Assembly: GCA_051531975.1 (NCBI GenBank)
Contig: JAOPTT010000010.1
Span: 226,678 to 290,677 of the forward strand
Direction: 5' to 3'
Length of the DNA stretch: 64,000 nt
DNA from: Spirochaetaceae bacterium
GTDB lineage: Bacteria > Spirochaetota > Spirochaetia > DSM-2461
This document shows positions 61,225 to 64,000 of the stretch, piece after piece. A program made the translations under genes and the position numbers. Every line of letters begins with the position of its first letter. The stretch's first letter is position 1. The notes under the pieces are model-generated. The model was not told the origin of the DNA. It made no database searches and was given only the letters and a program-made list of their open reading frames with translations.

Positions 61225-61500
61225 ATGGGTGTAATAAATGTAAAAATTAAAGTTTATGGTAGAGTTCAAGGGGTCTGCTTTAGAGCATTAACAAAGAAAA
61301 GTGCTATAACTCTAGGTATTAATGGCTGGGTTAGAAATTTATCTGACGGTACCGTAGAGATTGAATGTGAATCTACTCTAGATAAAATAGAACAACTAAT
61401 CTCCATTCTAAAAGTTGGGAACGGTTTCTCCAGGGTAGATAAATTCTACAAGACAGAGGGGGTATTTGTAGGTTATCAATCATTTAAGATAGTGTATTAG
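61225..61500 (+). CDS. acyP: Acylphosphatase
   Basis: GRVQGVCFR, GWVRNLSDGTVE. Confidence 0.92.
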   Translation: MGVINVKIKVYGRVQGVCFRALTKKSAITLGINGWVRNLSDGTVEIECESTLDKIEQLISILKVGNGFSRVDKFYKTEGVFVGYQSFKIVY

Positions 61501-61592
61501 TTTCATACTAATTAATATAAAAAATATTTGGTAAAAGAGGTGACTTTATAACAATAGGGGTTAATTCTATATTGTAATCATTCCCCATAGAT

Positions 61593-61988
61593 CTATTCAT
61601 TTAATACAAGATTTTCTATCTGTTTATAAATATATTTTGCTTCTCTATAAAAGTCCTTTGACCTTTCAATAGATAAAGATCCATATGGTAATAGTCCCAT
61701 ATCAGCTGGATATCTTACATCTATATACGTTTCAGAAATTTCTTCTAAAAGAGTCATATCAATATCTAATTTACAATAATTTCGGACTGAACCATATAAT
61801 CTTAAAAGATTGTGTTTCATAGGCACATTTTCAGTATTTAAACAGATTATAGCTTTAAAACATTTTTCTACGCACTGATGACAATGAAAGGCAACTACGT
61901 TAGTTAAATCTTCATCATCAAGTAATTAGGTAACAGTCTTTAAATCTTTGAATGCAAATAACAACCACTCTTTAACTAACTTGTTCAT
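61593..61988 (-). pseudogene. HEPN-domain protein with premature stop
   Basis: MNKLVKEW...KTVT*(61926-61928)...FHCHQCVEKCFKA...KHNL...RYP. Confidence 0.8.
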
Positions 61989-62316
61989 AAAGAAGTATTC
62001 CTTTTTCAGTTATCTCGGTCATAAATGTTTTATTGAATTGATTTAAGATTTTAAATTCTTCTTTAGTATAAACAAGTATATCAATAGAAACTTCCATACT
62101 TAATTCAAGTATGGTATTTCTGACTGTAACTTTATTTCTAAGTTTCTCATCATAAGTTTTAGGCATATCATCAGTATTTAAGATTACTGCTAAATCAATA
62201 TCGCTATCTTGGTTCTCAGTTCCTCTAGCAACTGAGCCAAACATATAAATTTGAAAAGGGTCTATTTCCTTTAGAGATTCAACAATTTGTGGGATATAAC
62301 CTCTTAAATCATTCAT
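61972..62316 (-). CDS. Minimal nucleotidyltransferase (MNT)
   Basis: MFGSVARG...DSDIDL. Confidence 0.92.
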   Translation of the reverse strand: MNDLRGYIPQIVESLKEIDPFQIYMFGSVARGTENQDSDIDLAVILNTDDMPKTYDEKLRNKVTVRNTILELSMEVSIDILVYTKEEFKILNQFNKTFMTEITEKGILLYEQVS

Positions 62317-62537
62317 ATTAAAAATAGTACCTCATTTGTGATTTATTATCTATAATATTTTTATATGACATAGATATAACCTTCCACTATGATAAAATAT
62401 AATTTCTTGTTTGTGTATTTCTCTTGTGTTATGACTCAATAATAACAAATCCAACCAATAGAACAATAATTTCATTTTGGTTATAATCTCCACGATTGGT
62501 TGGGTAATCTACTGATGTTGTGTAGCTTATAGATCCA

Positions 62538-62990
62538 TCATGATTCATCATGATTCATCATAATTATATATTTTTGATAATATATATCTAATGATATTTC
62601 AAATTCTATTTCAAATGAATAAAATCCAAATGATTTTTTACTCTCTATTTCATCATCTAAATTATAGTTCGTTGTATAATTACCTTTAAGAGTAGATTCT
62701 CCTATATCTTCTGTTTCATCAGAATTACCTTTAAAAGTTGGGGAGATGCTATTTCCTATAGAGTCTCTTTTAAATACTTGAGAAAATTTATTTTCTGATA
62801 AAAAGGTTATTGGAGTCTCTTTTTTTTCAGGGTGAAAATCAAATGGGAAACTTTGCTCATTAGAAAAGAAAAGTGGACCATCTAGTGTAGAACATATCTG
62901 ATACTCTTCTTTGAAAATAATTTTTGTAAATGGTAATGAATATATTGATACTGACAAAAACAATAGAACTGTACTTATTAAAAACTTCAT
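62538..62990 (-). CDS. Hypothetical secreted protein
   Basis: N-terminal signal-like peptide. Confidence 0.5.
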   Translation of the reverse strand: MKFLISTVLLFLSVSIYSLPFTKIIFKEEYQICSTLDGPLFFSNEQSFPFDFHPEKKETPITFLSENKFSQVFKRDSIGNSISPTFKGNSDETEDIGESTLKGNYTTNYNLDDEIESKKSFGFYSFEIEFEISLDIYYQKYIIMMNHDES

Positions 62991-63101
62991 TTAAATATCC
63001 TATATAATAATATATGATAAGTACTACTTTTATTTTTAGATGACTGAAATTATATTATCGTAAGAAAGAAGCTGTAAGAGATGATTTAGAGATCTATGTG
63101 G

Positions 63102-63228
63102 AAATGGAACAATTCATCTCCATTCTAGAAGTGGGGAACGATTTCTCCAGGGTAGATAAACTCTACAGGACAGAGAGGGCATTTGTAGGTTATCAATCAT
63201 TTAAGATAGTATATTAGTTTCATACTAA
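63102..63228 (+). pseudogene. Duplicated 3' part of acylphosphatase gene
   Basis: Diverged copy of about 61385-61512. Confidence 0.85.
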
Positions 63229-63240
63229 ATAATATATTTA

Positions 63241-63307
63241 AAAATTCGTTGTTTGAAGTACTATACTAAAAGTAATAACGCAATATTTCGTAATTGCTAA
63301 GTTAGGC
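63241..63307 (+). repeat. attI/promoter-like platform, copy 3 (inverted relative to copies 1-2)
   Basis: TTTGAAGTACTATA...GCAATATTTCGTAATTGCTAA-GTTAGGC. Confidence 0.75.
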
Positions 63308-63330
63308 TAAATTTAAGCTTAGGAGTTTTT

Positions 63331-63777
63331 ATGAAAGAAATAACAATTAAACCATTTAAACCAGAGTACCAGGAAGAGTGCAAAAATATCATACTCATGG
63401 GATTAGAGGAACATTGGGGTCTTCTCGATCTAAGTCTTAATTCAGACCTTAATGATATCGAATCGTACTATCAAAATGATATTTTTTTAACAGGTTGGCT
63501 TAACAATGAGTTGATTAGCACAGGTGCTGCAAAACTTTTAGCTAATGGGACAGCCCAAATAGTCAGAATGTCTGTTCTTAAAAAGTATAGGTCACATGGT
63601 ATTGGTAAAAAAATGCTGGAAGCGCTAATAGATAAAATAAAGTACTTTGGTGTAACTGACATTGTATTAGAAACAACTACTGAATGGAAAAGTGTTATAT
63701 TATTTTATGAAAACAATGGATTTATTTTATCTCATAAAGATCATGAAAACAGTTACTTTAAATTGTTAATAAACTAA
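63331..63777 (+). CDS. GNAT acetyltransferase gene cassette
   Basis: RMSV.KKYRSHGIG, FYENNGF; core GTTAGGC upstream, inverse core ACCTAAC at 63784-63790. Confidence 0.9.
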   Translation: MKEITIKPFKPEYQEECKNIILMGLEEHWGLLDLSLNSDLNDIESYYQNDIFLTGWLNNELISTGAAKLLANGTAQIVRMSVLKKYRSHGIGKKMLEALIDKIKYFGVTDIVLETTTEWKSVILFYENNGFILSHKDHENSYFKLLIN

Positions 63778-64000
63778 AACTTCACCTAACACAGCCTTAA
63801 TATTTCGACCTCGTCTCGATCTTCTAGCAGTTTTAATATATAAGATAATTTCATAAAATATTCTTGTTTGTAAAAAGTATTTGACATAAATATTCTTTAG
63901 TACTAATGTATTAGTAGTAACGCATTAGTTAATAACATAAGGATGAATTAATGAATAAAAAAAAGTCTATTGGTAATAGAGAGATGATGATTTTAAATAT

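Overview
A very AT-rich bacterial window; the FAxGQKE-type solute-binding proteins and FGE lipoprotein suggest a free-living spirochaete (inference). About 1-39 kb is fairly ordinary accessory metabolism: GNATs, MerR/aldo-keto reductase, a metal-handling ABC/DUF2318/multicopper oxidase cluster, two sugar ABC loci with regulators, a rifamycin phosphotransferase-like gene, feoAB with DtxR, and a CDF transporter with MarR. About 39.4-64 kb is a mosaic of short single-gene modules (GNAT, NUDIX, HAD, RelA/SpoT, DGQHR, MNT-HEPN, Rhs tip, pseudogenes). It is organised by three overlapping kinds of recombination site. (1) About 11 dif-like 28-bp (11-6-11) sites with consensus ACTTCCGATAA-N6-TTCTGTCTACT, in two main spacer classes. 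(2) Integron attC hairpins plus three copies of an attI/promoter-like platform ending in GTTRRRY-type cores, with no integrase in the window. (3) A serine resolvase with its res site and a second copy of the crossover site. The main candidate novel system is an array of dif-bounded mini-integron modules: dif-like site, attI-like platform, cassette(s), terminal attC ending GT(T/A)AAAA, then another dif-like site. No single module shows every part; the layout is pieced together from several.
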